Origin: Lachnospiraceae bacterium
Lineage (GTDB): Bacteria; Bacillota; Clostridia; Lachnospirales; Lachnospiraceae
DNA length: 64,000 nucleotides
Assembly: GCA_014804755.1 (NCBI GenBank)
Contig: JAAUZE010000008.1
Span: 100,109 to 164,108, forward strand
Direction of reading: 5' to 3'
Part shown: positions 38,044 through 47,270 of the stretch, in pieces
Layout of the letters: each line of letters starts with the position of its first letter
How positions within the stretch are numbered: position 1 is the first letter of the stretch
Translations under genes and position numbers: made by a program
Notes under the pieces: generated by a model
Databases searched by the model: none
Seen by the model: the letters and a program-made list of their open reading frames with translations, nothing else
Told to the model about the DNA's origin: nothing

Positions 38044-38787
38044 ATGCAGATAGATTTTTATTATTGGGGCGGCATGTGTCCTATTTCAGACGAAATCATT
38101 CAAATGCTGTCACGTTGGGATAACAAATTTGATATTCGGTTGCATGACATAACAAATGATTTTGATCTGGCAAAAAATAAAAGCATGTTCTTTCCGTTCC
38201 TCACGATTGTGAATCATAAAGAAAGATATTATGGCCCTGTTTCAGAAGCATTCTTACAAACGTTAAGTACGGGAATGCTGCCAAAAGAAACTCCATATAG
38301 AATTACGATGGGAACAGTCGAAAAAAGCGAGGTCATTCAGCCGATACATAAGGATAATTATTTTCTTGCGTCACAGTGTACCGGTAGAAGGAATTGTTCA
38401 GGATGTAGTTCAAAGGTTAAAATGTATCAGGATTTTCCGGATGGAATAATCGGGTTTATGAATATGGATAACGAAACATTGTTGGGGGGCGCGGAGTACG
38501 TTCCATCTTTGTACGTCCCATATGATATTCCTAAGGGACAGGAAATTGCATTTATTACCTGTGTTTATTTGTCAGATGAGACTTTTGATTATAAATCAGC
38601 ACCATTGAGGGCATTAGAACAATATCTGTCAAAGCGGTACAAAAAAGCGATTGTTATTTCAGATGAAGAAGGTACTTTTCCGAATGGGGATTTACAATTT
38701 TTCGAGAAAAACGGATATCATGATGAGAAAGTGATTTTTGAGGATCGTTATTGCAGACTGCATCTCTTAGTGAAAGATTTAATTTAA
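38044..38787 (+). CDS. hypothetical protein
   Basis: Open reading frame with downstream hairpin/T-tract at 38912-38960. Confidence 0.45.
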   Translation: MQIDFYYWGGMCPISDEIIQMLSRWDNKFDIRLHDITNDFDLAKNKSMFFPFLTIVNHKERYYGPVSEAFLQTLSTGMLPKETPYRITMGTVEKSEVIQPIHKDNYFLASQCTGRRNCSGCSSKVKMYQDFPDGIIGFMNMDNETLLGGAEYVPSLYVPYDIPKGQEIAFITCVYLSDETFDYKSAPLRALEQYLSKRYKKAIVISDEEGTFPNGDLQFFEKNGYHDEKVIFEDRYCRLHLLVKDLI

Positions 38788-39072
38788 TAAATAAAAATTT
38801 GATTGACATAGTTGAACTCCATTTATATAATACTAGTATAGATGAGCAATCATCAGGTGAGTCCTACCGATAAGTGGAATCGATAAGAGAGTATTTCCGT
38901 TGCGACGGATACTACCGAAAGGCTATGCTTTGGCGTAGCCTTTTCTATTATTTTTTAACACAAACATGACACACAGATGTCATGTTTTGCGTTCTATGAT
39001 AAATAAAAGCGGAGACAGAAGCGATAAAAGCGATGTGCCGCGGGCGAGGGTGCGGCATACAGGAGGACCGCC

Positions 39073-39987
39073 ATGAAAATAGACAGACTGATCGGAATTT
39101 TGTCCATATTACTGCAAAAGGATACCGTGACCGCGCCTGACCTGGCGGAGAAGTTTGAGGTTTCCAGACGAACGATCAACCGGGATATTGAAGATCTGTG
39201 TAAAGCGGGCATTCCCATTGTGACGCGGCAGGGAGCGGGCGGCGGCATCTCGATCATGGACAACTATAAGATAGACCGGACACTAGTGAATCACGCGGAG
39301 ATGCAGGATATTCTCGCGGGGCTTCGCAGCTTAGACAGCGTAAACGGAACCAATCGGTACGGACAATTGATGGAAAAATTATCGGTCGGTTCCTCGGATT
39401 TTTTAGTCGGAAATCAGTCAGTGCTGATCGATCTCTCCTCGTGGTATAAAGAATCACTTGCGCCCAAGATCGAATTGATACGCGCCGCGATCGATGTGAA
39501 AAAAGAACTGCTGTTTACCTACTATTCTCCGAGCGGTGAATCCGTCCGGCGCATCGAGCCGTATTATCTGATCTTTCGATGGTCAAGCTGGTATGTGTGG
39601 GGCTTTTGCAAAATGCGGGAGGATTTCCGGCTGTTCAAGCTAAACCGCATGGAGGATGTGCGCGTGTCGGAGGAGGTGTTTGTAAAGAGGAAAGCAGATG
39701 TGCCGGATTTAAATGATGAGGGTATCTTTCCCGGCGGAATCAAGGTGAAAGCACTTTTTGAACCGGAATGCAAATGGAGACTGGTCGAAGAGTTCGGGAC
39801 GGAATGCTTTCGGGAAACGGAGAACGGGAAGCTGCTTTTTCAGGCGGATTATACAAACAGGGAAAATCTGATCACGTGGCTCATGACGTTTCGGGAAAAA
39901 GTGGAGCTTTTGGAACCGGAGGAGATCCGGGCGGAGCTTATCGCGTGTTTTGAGAGGATACGCAGAAAATATGATTCGGGCAGCTAG
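39073..39987 (+). CDS. YafY-type HTH-WYL-WCX transcriptional regulator
   Basis: 'LAEKFEVSRRTINRDIEDL' HTH_11, WYL domain and C-terminal 'VELLEPEEIRAEL' WCX signature. Confidence 0.8.
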   Translation: MKIDRLIGILSILLQKDTVTAPDLAEKFEVSRRTINRDIEDLCKAGIPIVTRQGAGGGISIMDNYKIDRTLVNHAEMQDILAGLRSLDSVNGTNRYGQLMEKLSVGSSDFLVGNQSVLIDLSSWYKESLAPKIELIRAAIDVKKELLFTYYSPSGESVRRIEPYYLIFRWSSWYVWGFCKMREDFRLFKLNRMEDVRVSEEVFVKRKADVPDLNDEGIFPGGIKVKALFEPECKWRLVEEFGTECFRETENGKLLFQADYTNRENLITWLMTFREKVELLEPEEIRAELIACFERIRRKYDSGS

Positions 39988-40088
39988 AGAACGGCGGTTC
40001 GGGGGTAAATGGTACAGGCGATGGAGAGAAATAGGATACCTTGTGCATATACTTAAACGCATAGATGGAGTAAGATAGGAGGACAAAG

Positions 40089-40841
40089 ATGAGATATACA
40101 TGGATCGATGAATTTTTGTTAAGCAAACCGGGAGTGACGAAGGATTTGCAGAATGATTGGAATTGGCTTCGCTATCAGATCGGCGGCAAGATGTTCGCGG
40201 CCATCTGCATGGGGGAAAACGATGAGCCTTACTATATCACATTGAAACTGGAACCGATGGAGGGGGAGTTCTTCAGACAGCAATATGAGGACATTGTTCC
40301 CGGCTTTTATATGAATAAAGTGCATTGGAATTCCGTGAAGCCGGACGGCGCAGTACCGGATGAGCTGTTAAAAGATATGCTGGACAAGTCGTATCAGCTG
40401 GTACTTGGCGGACTGAGCAAGAAAAAGCAGAAGGAGATATTGGAAGGCGCGGCTTGCGGTCAGATTGCGGACAGCGAAAAAGGAGCATCGGGCGGAAGCG
40501 GGGATTATGGCAGGGAGGCTGCGCACGAAGCCGGAAACACTTGCGGCGGTACTGCGCACGAAGCACTCAGCTGCTGCGGTACGCAGTGCAGGGAATGCGC
40601 CTGCTATGGAACGATGTGCAAGGGCTGTAATGAGAGTGCCGGAAAAGTGTTCCACGCGCCGGAGGGACAGGCCTGCCCCATTTATGAATGCTCGGTTAAT
40701 CAAAAAAAGCAGAAAAACTGCGGCGGCTGTCAGAACCTTCCGTGCGATATTTGGAGAAACACGAAAGACCCGTCCATGTCGGATGAGGAATTTGAAAACA
40801 ATATCCGGCAGCGAGTCGAAAATGTGAGAAAAACTTGTTGA
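40089..40841 (+). CDS. MmcQ/YjbR-like domain fused to Cys-rich DUF3795-like domain
   Basis: N-terminal YjbR-like region, then 'CCGTQCRECACYGTMCKGC...CGGCQNLPC'. Confidence 0.55.
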   Translation: MRYTWIDEFLLSKPGVTKDLQNDWNWLRYQIGGKMFAAICMGENDEPYYITLKLEPMEGEFFRQQYEDIVPGFYMNKVHWNSVKPDGAVPDELLKDMLDKSYQLVLGGLSKKKQKEILEGAACGQIADSEKGASGGSGDYGREAAHEAGNTCGGTAHEALSCCGTQCRECACYGTMCKGCNESAGKVFHAPEGQACPIYECSVNQKKQKNCGGCQNLPCDIWRNTKDPSMSDEEFENNIRQRVENVRKTC

Positions 40842-40955
40842 ATTCGCGCTAATGATCGCAAACGCAGGAGAAACGAAAAAACCTAGGGCGGTATGCGTTT
40901 ACGGCGGAATGTTCGAAAACATGCAAAAGTAGAAAGAAAAGAGGAAGGAAAGCAC

Positions 40956-41591
40956 ATGGCATTTGATTATAAAAAAGAATACAAGCAATTTTACATGCCC
41001 AAAAACAAACCGGGTATTGTGGAAATACCGCCCATGAATTATCTGGCGGTTCGCGGCAGCGGAGATCCGAATGAAGAAGGAAGCGAGTACAAGCAGTCCA
41101 TCGGACTGCTCTACGCGATCGCGTTTACAATCAAAATGAGCAAAATGGGTGATCACCGGATCGAGGGATATTTCGACTATGTTGTTCCGCCGCTGGAAGG
41201 CTTTTGGTGGCAGGATGGTGTAAAGGGAATCGATTATAGCCATAAAGAAAATTTTCAATTTATTTCCGTTATCAGACTGCCCGATTTTGTGACAAAAGCA
41301 GATTTTGACTGGGCAATCGGGGAAGCGGAGCGGAAAAAGAAAGCGGATTTTTCAAAAGTGGAATGGATGACCTACAATGAGGGTCTGTGCGTGCAATGCA
41401 TGCATATCGGCGCATATGACGATGAGCCGAAAACGGTCCGACTGATGCATGATTTTATGGAGGAGCAGGGTTATGAGCTTGACATTACGGAAAGCCGTTA
41501 TCATCATGAGATTTATTTAAGCGACGCAAGAAAGGTGGCGCCTGAACGGCTTAAAACTGTTTTAAGACATCCAATCAAAAGCGCACTGTGA
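40956..41591 (+). CDS. GyrI-like small-molecule-binding domain protein
   Basis: GyrI-like/Rob C-terminal-like pattern. SD before the ATG at 40956. Confidence 0.65.
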   Translation: MAFDYKKEYKQFYMPKNKPGIVEIPPMNYLAVRGSGDPNEEGSEYKQSIGLLYAIAFTIKMSKMGDHRIEGYFDYVVPPLEGFWWQDGVKGIDYSHKENFQFISVIRLPDFVTKADFDWAIGEAERKKKADFSKVEWMTYNEGLCVQCMHIGAYDDEPKTVRLMHDFMEEQGYELDITESRYHHEIYLSDARKVAPERLKTVLRHPIKSAL

Positions 41592-41712
41592 TGAAAGGAT
41601 TGACATACGGGAGAGCAATTATAGTCTTATTCTTTTTACGGAATTGTGCACCCGTTTATAATTGGTTATAATTGCAATAACAATAAGAATTATACGGAAA
41701 AGGAGACTGAAA

Positions 41713-42135
41713 ATGCAGATCGTACCTACGCTAAGTTTTGGAGGAAATTGTCGGGAAGCCATTCATATGTATGAAAAGGCATTTAATGGGAAGATTAGTT
41801 GTCTGATTACATATGGAGAAGCGAATGATCCCGAATATAATCCGTTGCTTAAAGAAAATCAAAAAGAGTATATATACCATTCGGAACTTGTATTGGGCAA
41901 TCAAAGAATCATTATGAGCGACCATGTGGATATTGAATTTCAAACGTGCTATTCAAATTTCCTCACTGTTATGTATGATACAAAAGAAGAAGTGCAAAGA
42001 GCATATGAAATCATGAAAGAAGGAAGTAAGACAATATATCAACTGGAAGCGACTCCATATAGTTCTTGTCGAGTTGTTTTTGTTGATAAGTTTGGAATTC
42101 GTTGGGGAATTATGACCGAGCAAACAGCGGAATAA
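41713..42135 (+). CDS. VOC/glyoxalase-family protein (PhnB-like)
   Basis: 'MQIVPTLSFGGNCREAI' N-terminus typical of PhnB-like VOC proteins. Confidence 0.6.
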   Translation: MQIVPTLSFGGNCREAIHMYEKAFNGKISCLITYGEANDPEYNPLLKENQKEYIYHSELVLGNQRIIMSDHVDIEFQTCYSNFLTVMYDTKEEVQRAYEIMKEGSKTIYQLEATPYSSCRVVFVDKFGIRWGIMTEQTAE

Positions 42136-42159
42136 AGCAGAGATGCGGGAGAGTCAGTT

Positions 42160-42873
42160 ATGTGCGGACGCTACTATATGGAGGATGATACTGCAAAAGA
42201 GATCGAGAAAGTCATTCGCTGGGTGGATGAAAAACTGCGCGCACAGCGGACTGTGCAGGAAGCAACGCGGAAACAGGAGGCAGGAATTACGCAGGAGAAG
42301 AACCCTTGGAATGAAGGAAAAGGGAACGTTGCGGCAGGAATCGGGAAGGCGGGAGACATTTACCCTGCGGCACTTGCACCCGTGCTCGGCGCCGGGATGG
42401 AAACCGCCGGATACAGAACCTTAGATTGCCGCATGCTGCGCTGGGGACTGCCGGGATATACGCTGAAGGGAAACGGCAAAAAAGGACAGGTTATTTTTAA
42501 TGCACGGAGCGAAACTGCGATGGAGAAACCGACCTTTCGGGAGGGGATAAAAAACCATCGCATTGTGATCCCGGCGGCGGGCTTTTATGAGTGGAACCAC
42601 AAAAAAGAAAAATATCGTTTTCGCAGAACCGATTCGCCCGTACTTTTTATGGCGGGATGTTTTCGGCGTTATGAGGACGGCGATCGGTTTGTCATCCTGA
42701 CAACGGCGGCGAATGCATCTATGGAACCGGTGCATGACCGCATGCCGCTTATTTTGGAACCGGACGAGATCGCGGATTGGATATGGGACGGGGAGCGGAC
42801 GAAAAATCTGTTGGAAAAACAACCCTGCCTTTTAGAGCGCACGACGGACTATGAGCAGATGACGCTCTTTTAA
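42160..42873 (+). CDS. SOS-response-associated peptidase (SRAP/YedK family), abasic-site processing protein
   Basis: N-terminal 'MCGRY' with catalytic Cys2; size 237 aa. Confidence 0.85.
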   Translation: MCGRYYMEDDTAKEIEKVIRWVDEKLRAQRTVQEATRKQEAGITQEKNPWNEGKGNVAAGIGKAGDIYPAALAPVLGAGMETAGYRTLDCRMLRWGLPGYTLKGNGKKGQVIFNARSETAMEKPTFREGIKNHRIVIPAAGFYEWNHKKEKYRFRRTDSPVLFMAGCFRRYEDGDRFVILTTAANASMEPVHDRMPLILEPDEIADWIWDGERTKNLLEKQPCLLERTTDYEQMTLF

Positions 42874-42892
42874 GCGCATGGAAAAAAATACC
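42823..42892. repeat. direct repeat, left copy (3' end of SRAP gene plus 19 bp)
   Basis: 64/70 identical to 45547-45616. Confidence 0.8.
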
Positions 42893-43212
42893 CACAACGT
42901 GCATTTTAGATATATTCCTGAATTGTAAAGTTAACTTCCATATGAAACGGTAAATTCTACATGCACTTTGAAAACGCCATAAATTTTAAAGTTTTTAGTT
43001 ACGATAACTTCCGAAATGTGGTATACTCATCTCAAATTTATGCTAAAAATCGTGTTTAGAAGCATGGCAAACAGGCCTCTGGAAGATGGGTGTGTCAGAC
43101 TAACTTCTACAGGCCGTTAGAGATATGTTTGATTTCTGACCAGCGGCGGTTTTGCATAAGTTTATAAAGCTACTTAAGCAGCTTCGGGGACAGCTTTACT
43201 TCATCGGGTGCG

Positions 43213-43503
43213 ATGTACCGGAGCTGCAGCTTTTGTAGCGTCTCCAGATCTGAGAGGATGGTTCCTTTAAAAATAGTTAGTGCATTATTAATTGTTTCAC
43301 CAATTATTGTACCCATTTCTCCAATTAACAACATTGATATTATATTATCTATTCCGCTAGCATTTTTGGGATTGGCAATTATTGTTGCATGCTCTGTTAA
43401 TGATTATGAGAGCAAAGAACCTTTAGAGTTGAAAGATAAAATTGACCATAATAAATGTACAATAGGTTCTTGTAATCAACTAATTAATTATTTATCAAAA
43501 TAA
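43213..43503 (+). CDS. small hydrophobic hypothetical protein
   Basis: Low-GC ORF with two predicted TM segments; start uncertain (43258 possible). Confidence 0.3.
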   Translation: MYRSCSFCSVSRSERMVPLKIVSALLIVSPIIVPISPINNIDIILSIPLAFLGLAIIVACSVNDYESKEPLELKDKIDHNKCTIGSCNQLINYLSK

Positions 43504-43736
43504 GCATTTAAGTCAAACACATAGTCGTAAGTAACAGGTAGTAAAATTTGAAATACTTAAAGCATAATATAGTGTTACAAAAGAAATAAGACATCAACTA
43601 ATGTGTTTTTATTGTACGACTACCCTTTCATATTATGCAAAAATATGTTCTGTATAGTATTGACACGCAATATGTAGTATAATGTCAATATTGGTATTTT
43701 ATTATAAAACCATTGACAATTGCGAGGAAAATATTA

Positions 43737-44480
43737 ATGAAATCGATAGGAACTTCAATGCATGAAGATTTATCACTATTTATAGATGAATCTGGCAGCA
43801 TAACTAAAACTAATATATCTTTTAATAGGTACTTTATTATTGCCATTCTATTTACACGGAAATATAGTAGATTGCAAAGATATTTTCAAAAGGGAATTGC
43901 GTCTTTATTGCAAAACCCCAAATATAAAATAATGCTGGAAGAAAATGGAGAAATAAAGGGAAGTAAGTTATCGGAAACAAAAAAGAAACCTATTTACGAT
44001 CGTATTATAAGAAATTGCTCAGAAGATTTTGAATTGGGAATAATTGTTTTAGATAATACATATACTACAGATGAGTTTATAAAAAATCATGCTAGAACAT
44101 TCAATTATATATTGCAACTCTACTTAGATAATATGTTTAGACATTGTAGTAAGTATTCTAAAAATACAAGAGATATGAGAATATTGATAGATGAACAAAA
44201 TATTTCTACAGATGCTAAGTATACATTGGATGATTATCTAGAACAGCATTTTACTGTTATGAATCCATTATGTCGCACGGTAGATGTTAAATATACAGAT
44301 TCTAAAAACCACCCTATGATTCAATTAATTGACTTTATATCTAACACTTTTTATCGAAACCTTGAAAAACATGATAAAACAAGTATAGAAACTGTAAAAA
44401 TGTTACTTCCCTATGTTTGTGGCGGAAAAATATTTGATTTTTCAACTAATCATGACACAAGATTAATGTTGGATGAATAA
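43737..44480 (+). CDS. DUF3800-like protein
   Basis: N-terminal 'LFIDESGS' hallmark of DUF3800. SD GAGGAAA before the ATG at 43737. Low GC. Confidence 0.55.
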   Translation: MKSIGTSMHEDLSLFIDESGSITKTNISFNRYFIIAILFTRKYSRLQRYFQKGIASLLQNPKYKIMLEENGEIKGSKLSETKKKPIYDRIIRNCSEDFELGIIVLDNTYTTDEFIKNHARTFNYILQLYLDNMFRHCSKYSKNTRDMRILIDEQNISTDAKYTLDDYLEQHFTVMNPLCRTVDVKYTDSKNHPMIQLIDFISNTFYRNLEKHDKTSIETVKMLLPYVCGGKIFDFSTNHDTRLMLDE

Positions 44481-44883
44481 TATAGAATGTACTTGACAAC
44501 ATTATTATGGTATGTTATATTTACTTCACCAAGTAATTTCCCTTATACGGTGCATGAGGATGTAAGGCGGCTGTAATGTCGTCCACCATAGGGTTTTGGT
44601 AGAAAGACATTCCAGATATGGGATGTTTTTTCGCTTTATAAGTAAATATTTTCATATATAAAAGAGACGGGATTGATCACCTCGTCTCTTTTATTACAAT
44701 GCCCTTTTATTAATTTTAGAAAGGATGTGATCTGATCAATCTAATACTACCACATAGTCCTACAATTAGATTGTGTCAATCACCAAAGCTGTTAACCAAG
44801 CTTTTACAGACTCAGGAGAAACTTAAGAAGAATGTTGTGAAAAAGCAAGAAATGTTGACGTGTGTTTGCTGTTCTTATTTATG

Positions 44884-44912
44884 TTGAACTGCAGGCCTTT
44901 TTCGGGTATAAT
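44884..44912 (+). promoter_or_regulatory. consensus sigma-A promoter TTGAAC-17-TATAAT
   Basis: Exact -10 and near-consensus -35 with 17-bp spacer, 58 nt upstream of the antitoxin ATG. Confidence 0.6.
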
Positions 44913-44970
44913 TCATTCATGGCAGGAAAATAGGTTTCCGATTGGTTCGATCATGAGAGGGGGATTTCCC

Positions 44971-45213
44971 ATGAGCACTTTAGATGCAACAGTTTCCATG
45001 CTGGAAGCAATGCCGGAGGAGGCAAGAATCAAGGTTTTGGAATTTACGAAGCAGTTGTTCAACTCCAGAAAGCCGGCCAATCCGTTTGTCCCGGTCAGTC
45101 AGAGGCAGGTTCATTCCGACCTTACGGAATCACGTCAGCAGATTGCTGCCGGACAGGGATTGAATATGGAAGACGCTTTAGACAGAATGGGAAAACAGCA
45201 TGAATTCATTTGA
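44971..45213 (+). CDS. type II antitoxin (partner of RelE/ParE toxin)
   Basis: 80 aa; SD GAGGGGG; overlaps the toxin start by 14 nt. Confidence 0.6.
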   Translation: MSTLDATVSMLEAMPEEARIKVLEFTKQLFNSRKPANPFVPVSQRQVHSDLTESRQQIAAGQGLNMEDALDRMGKQHEFI

Positions 45214-45523
45214 TGTAATTATTTCACCAAAAGCATTGTCTCAACTGAACAGTTATGTTGATTATCTGCAATATACGCTGCTGAATGATCAGGCAGCTCG
45301 TAATGTGTGGCAGGATGCCATGGAAACACGGGATCAGCTTTCAAAAGCTGTCGAGGGTCTGAAACCCTGTTCTTATCCTCTGCTAAAAAAGAACGAATAC
45401 TGTGTCATCCATTTCATGCGGCACCGCTATCTGATGCTTTATCGGATAGAGGGATCGACCATTTATGTGGATGCGATATATCATCAGCTTCAGGACTATG
45501 AAAATATTTTTGCAGATGAATGA
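45200..45523 (+). CDS. type II toxin, RelE/ParE family
   Basis: 107 aa; 'YRIEGSTIYVDAIYHQLQDYE' C-terminal RelE/ParE pattern. Confidence 0.75.
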   Translation: MNSFDVIISPKALSQLNSYVDYLQYTLLNDQAARNVWQDAMETRDQLSKAVEGLKPCSYPLLKKNEYCVIHFMRHRYLMLYRIEGSTIYVDAIYHQLQDYENIFADE

Positions 45524-45546
45524 GGCCGGTCAAAGCACAAAGGCGG

Positions 45547-45616
45547 CCCTGTCTTTTAGAGCGTACGACGGACTATGAGCAGATGACGCTCGTTTAAACA
45601 TATGGAAAAAAATACC
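45547..45616. repeat. direct repeat, right copy (degenerate)
   Basis: 64/70 identical to 42823-42892; the reading frame is interrupted by TAG. Confidence 0.8.
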
Positions 45617-45661
45617 GGTTGAAAGCAGAACGTATGTTTGCTATAATGTGTCACACAGGAG

Positions 45662-46936
45662 GTGAACACACGTTTGAAATCAGTGATATTTCATATTGAT
45701 GTGAATGCAGCCTTCCTTAGTTGGGAGGCTGTTTATCGTCTGTATCATAAAGGAGGGACAGTGGATCTTCGCGAGATCCCTTCAGCGGTAGCGGGAGATG
45801 CAAGTCTGCGCCACGGCATTATTCTTGCCAAGTCCATACCGGCGAAGCGATATGGCATACAGACGGGCGAGAGCATACCGGAGGCAAAAAGAAAGTGTCC
45901 GGGGCTCACGCTTGCCGCGCCGAACTATAACCTGTATGAGCGCTGCTCTGCGGCGGTGATGGAGATCCTGCGGGAATACTCGGACACCGTGGAGCAGTAC
46001 AGCATTGACGAGGCATTTGTGGATATGACGCAGACCTGCCATTTGTTCGGGGAGCCGGAGCAGACTGCGGAAATGATAAAGGATCGGATTCATCGTGAAT
46101 TGGGATTTACGGTGAATGTGGGGGTGTCGGAAAACAAGCTGCTCGCTAAGATGGCGTCTGATTTTCGGAAGCCGGATAAGGTGCATACACTGTGGAAGTC
46201 GGAAATACAGAGGAAAATGTGGCCGCTCTCCGTATCGGAGCTGTTTTTTGTGGGAAGGGCGACCGCGAAAAAACTATTTTCTGTCGGGATCAGGACGATC
46301 GGGGAGCTTGCGCAGGCGGATCCGGCATATATCAAGAGCATACTCAAAAAGCAGGGAGAGATCGTGTGGGCATTTGCGAACGGGCTGGATTCTTCCCCGG
46401 TGATGAAGCAGGCTCCGGCCAACAAAGGATACGGGAACAGCACAACCACTCCTTTTGACGTGACGGATGCGCCGACAGCCAAAAAAGTGTTGTTGGCGCT
46501 GTCGGAAACGGTGGCGGCAAGGCTTCGCGCAGATGGCGTGCAGATCGGTGTGGCTGCCGTGGGGATCAAAGGAACGGATTTCTCCTACTGCTCGCACCAG
46601 CGTGTACTGCCGGTTTCCACCAATATTACGCTGGAGATTTATCAGGCGGCGTGCGGGCTGTTTGACGAGCTTTGGGGCGGGAGTCCGATCCGGCATCTGG
46701 GCGTGCATACCTCCGGCGTATGCAGAGAGAACTTCACAAGACAGATGAGCCTGTTTGACGGGGCGGACTACGAAAAGCTGGCACGACTGGATACGGCGGT
46801 GGACGCTGTTCGGGAACGGTTCGGCGCGGATGCGTTGATGAGGGCAGCCTTTTTAAATCAACCGATTGACCATATGAGCGGAGGAATCTCAAGAGAAAAG
46901 AGAGAGGCGGATTACAGCGGAATGAAACCGGAATAG
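45662..46936 (+). CDS. Y-family DNA polymerase (DinB/Pol IV-like)
   Basis: 'IFHIDVNAAFLSWE' and 'YSIDEAFVDMT' catalytic motifs; 424 aa. Confidence 0.85.
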   Translation: MNTRLKSVIFHIDVNAAFLSWEAVYRLYHKGGTVDLREIPSAVAGDASLRHGIILAKSIPAKRYGIQTGESIPEAKRKCPGLTLAAPNYNLYERCSAAVMEILREYSDTVEQYSIDEAFVDMTQTCHLFGEPEQTAEMIKDRIHRELGFTVNVGVSENKLLAKMASDFRKPDKVHTLWKSEIQRKMWPLSVSELFFVGRATAKKLFSVGIRTIGELAQADPAYIKSILKKQGEIVWAFANGLDSSPVMKQAPANKGYGNSTTTPFDVTDAPTAKKVLLALSETVAARLRADGVQIGVAAVGIKGTDFSYCSHQRVLPVSTNITLEIYQAACGLFDELWGGSPIRHLGVHTSGVCRENFTRQMSLFDGADYEKLARLDTAVDAVRERFGADALMRAAFLNQPIDHMSGGISREKREADYSGMKPE

Positions 46937-46946
46937 GAGGTGCGCG

Positions 46947-47258
46947 ATGGCATTCGGGGCAGGAAAAGAACATCAGGACGGGCATGCAGGGCAGATACGC
47001 GGGAGGCAGCAGGAGGTTGCCTGTGAGTGCTGGTTTACCAGTACCGGGAGGCTGATACCATTGATGCTGAAGTTAAAAGACGAGGACGGAATGTGCCGAA
47101 CCGTCAGACCGATCATGGTGCATTCCGCTGAGAAAAAAATGTATGCGGGCACGCCCTTTATCGAGTTTGACTGTGAGATTGTGGTGAGGGAACAAAGGAT
47201 ACGCGTATGGCTGATCTATTATCAGAGTGAGAACCGCTGGGTGTTGAACTTCCGGTGA
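46947..47258 (+). CDS. hypothetical protein, possibly YolD-like (commonly found after Y-family polymerase genes in Firmicutes)
   Basis: Position and size only. Confidence 0.35.
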   Translation: MAFGAGKEHQDGHAGQIRGRQQEVACECWFTSTGRLIPLMLKLKDEDGMCRTVRPIMVHSAEKKMYAGTPFIEFDCEIVVREQRIRVWLIYYQSENRWVLNFR

Positions 47259-47270
47259 CGGTGGGAACTG

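Larger units (their letters stand above)
42893..45546. mobile_element. 2.65 kb low-GC inserted islet between 70-bp direct repeats (degenerate integrative element; no integrase)
   Basis: Direct repeats duplicating the target gene 3' end; sharp GC drop; cargo is DUF3800, RelE/ParE toxin-antitoxin and a small membrane ORF. Confidence 0.5.

Noticed and set aside
40273-40827. Overlapping ORFs on both strands in the Cys/Gly-rich 3' half of the MmcQ-DUF3795 gene
   Set aside because: These are GC-rich low-complexity coding sequence artefacts. The plus-strand frame continues the upstream domain.
42823-45616. Direct repeats as a simple local tandem duplication
   Set aside because: The intervening DNA is compositionally foreign (low GC) with unrelated cargo, and one copy is degenerate. 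This points to insertion rather than duplication.
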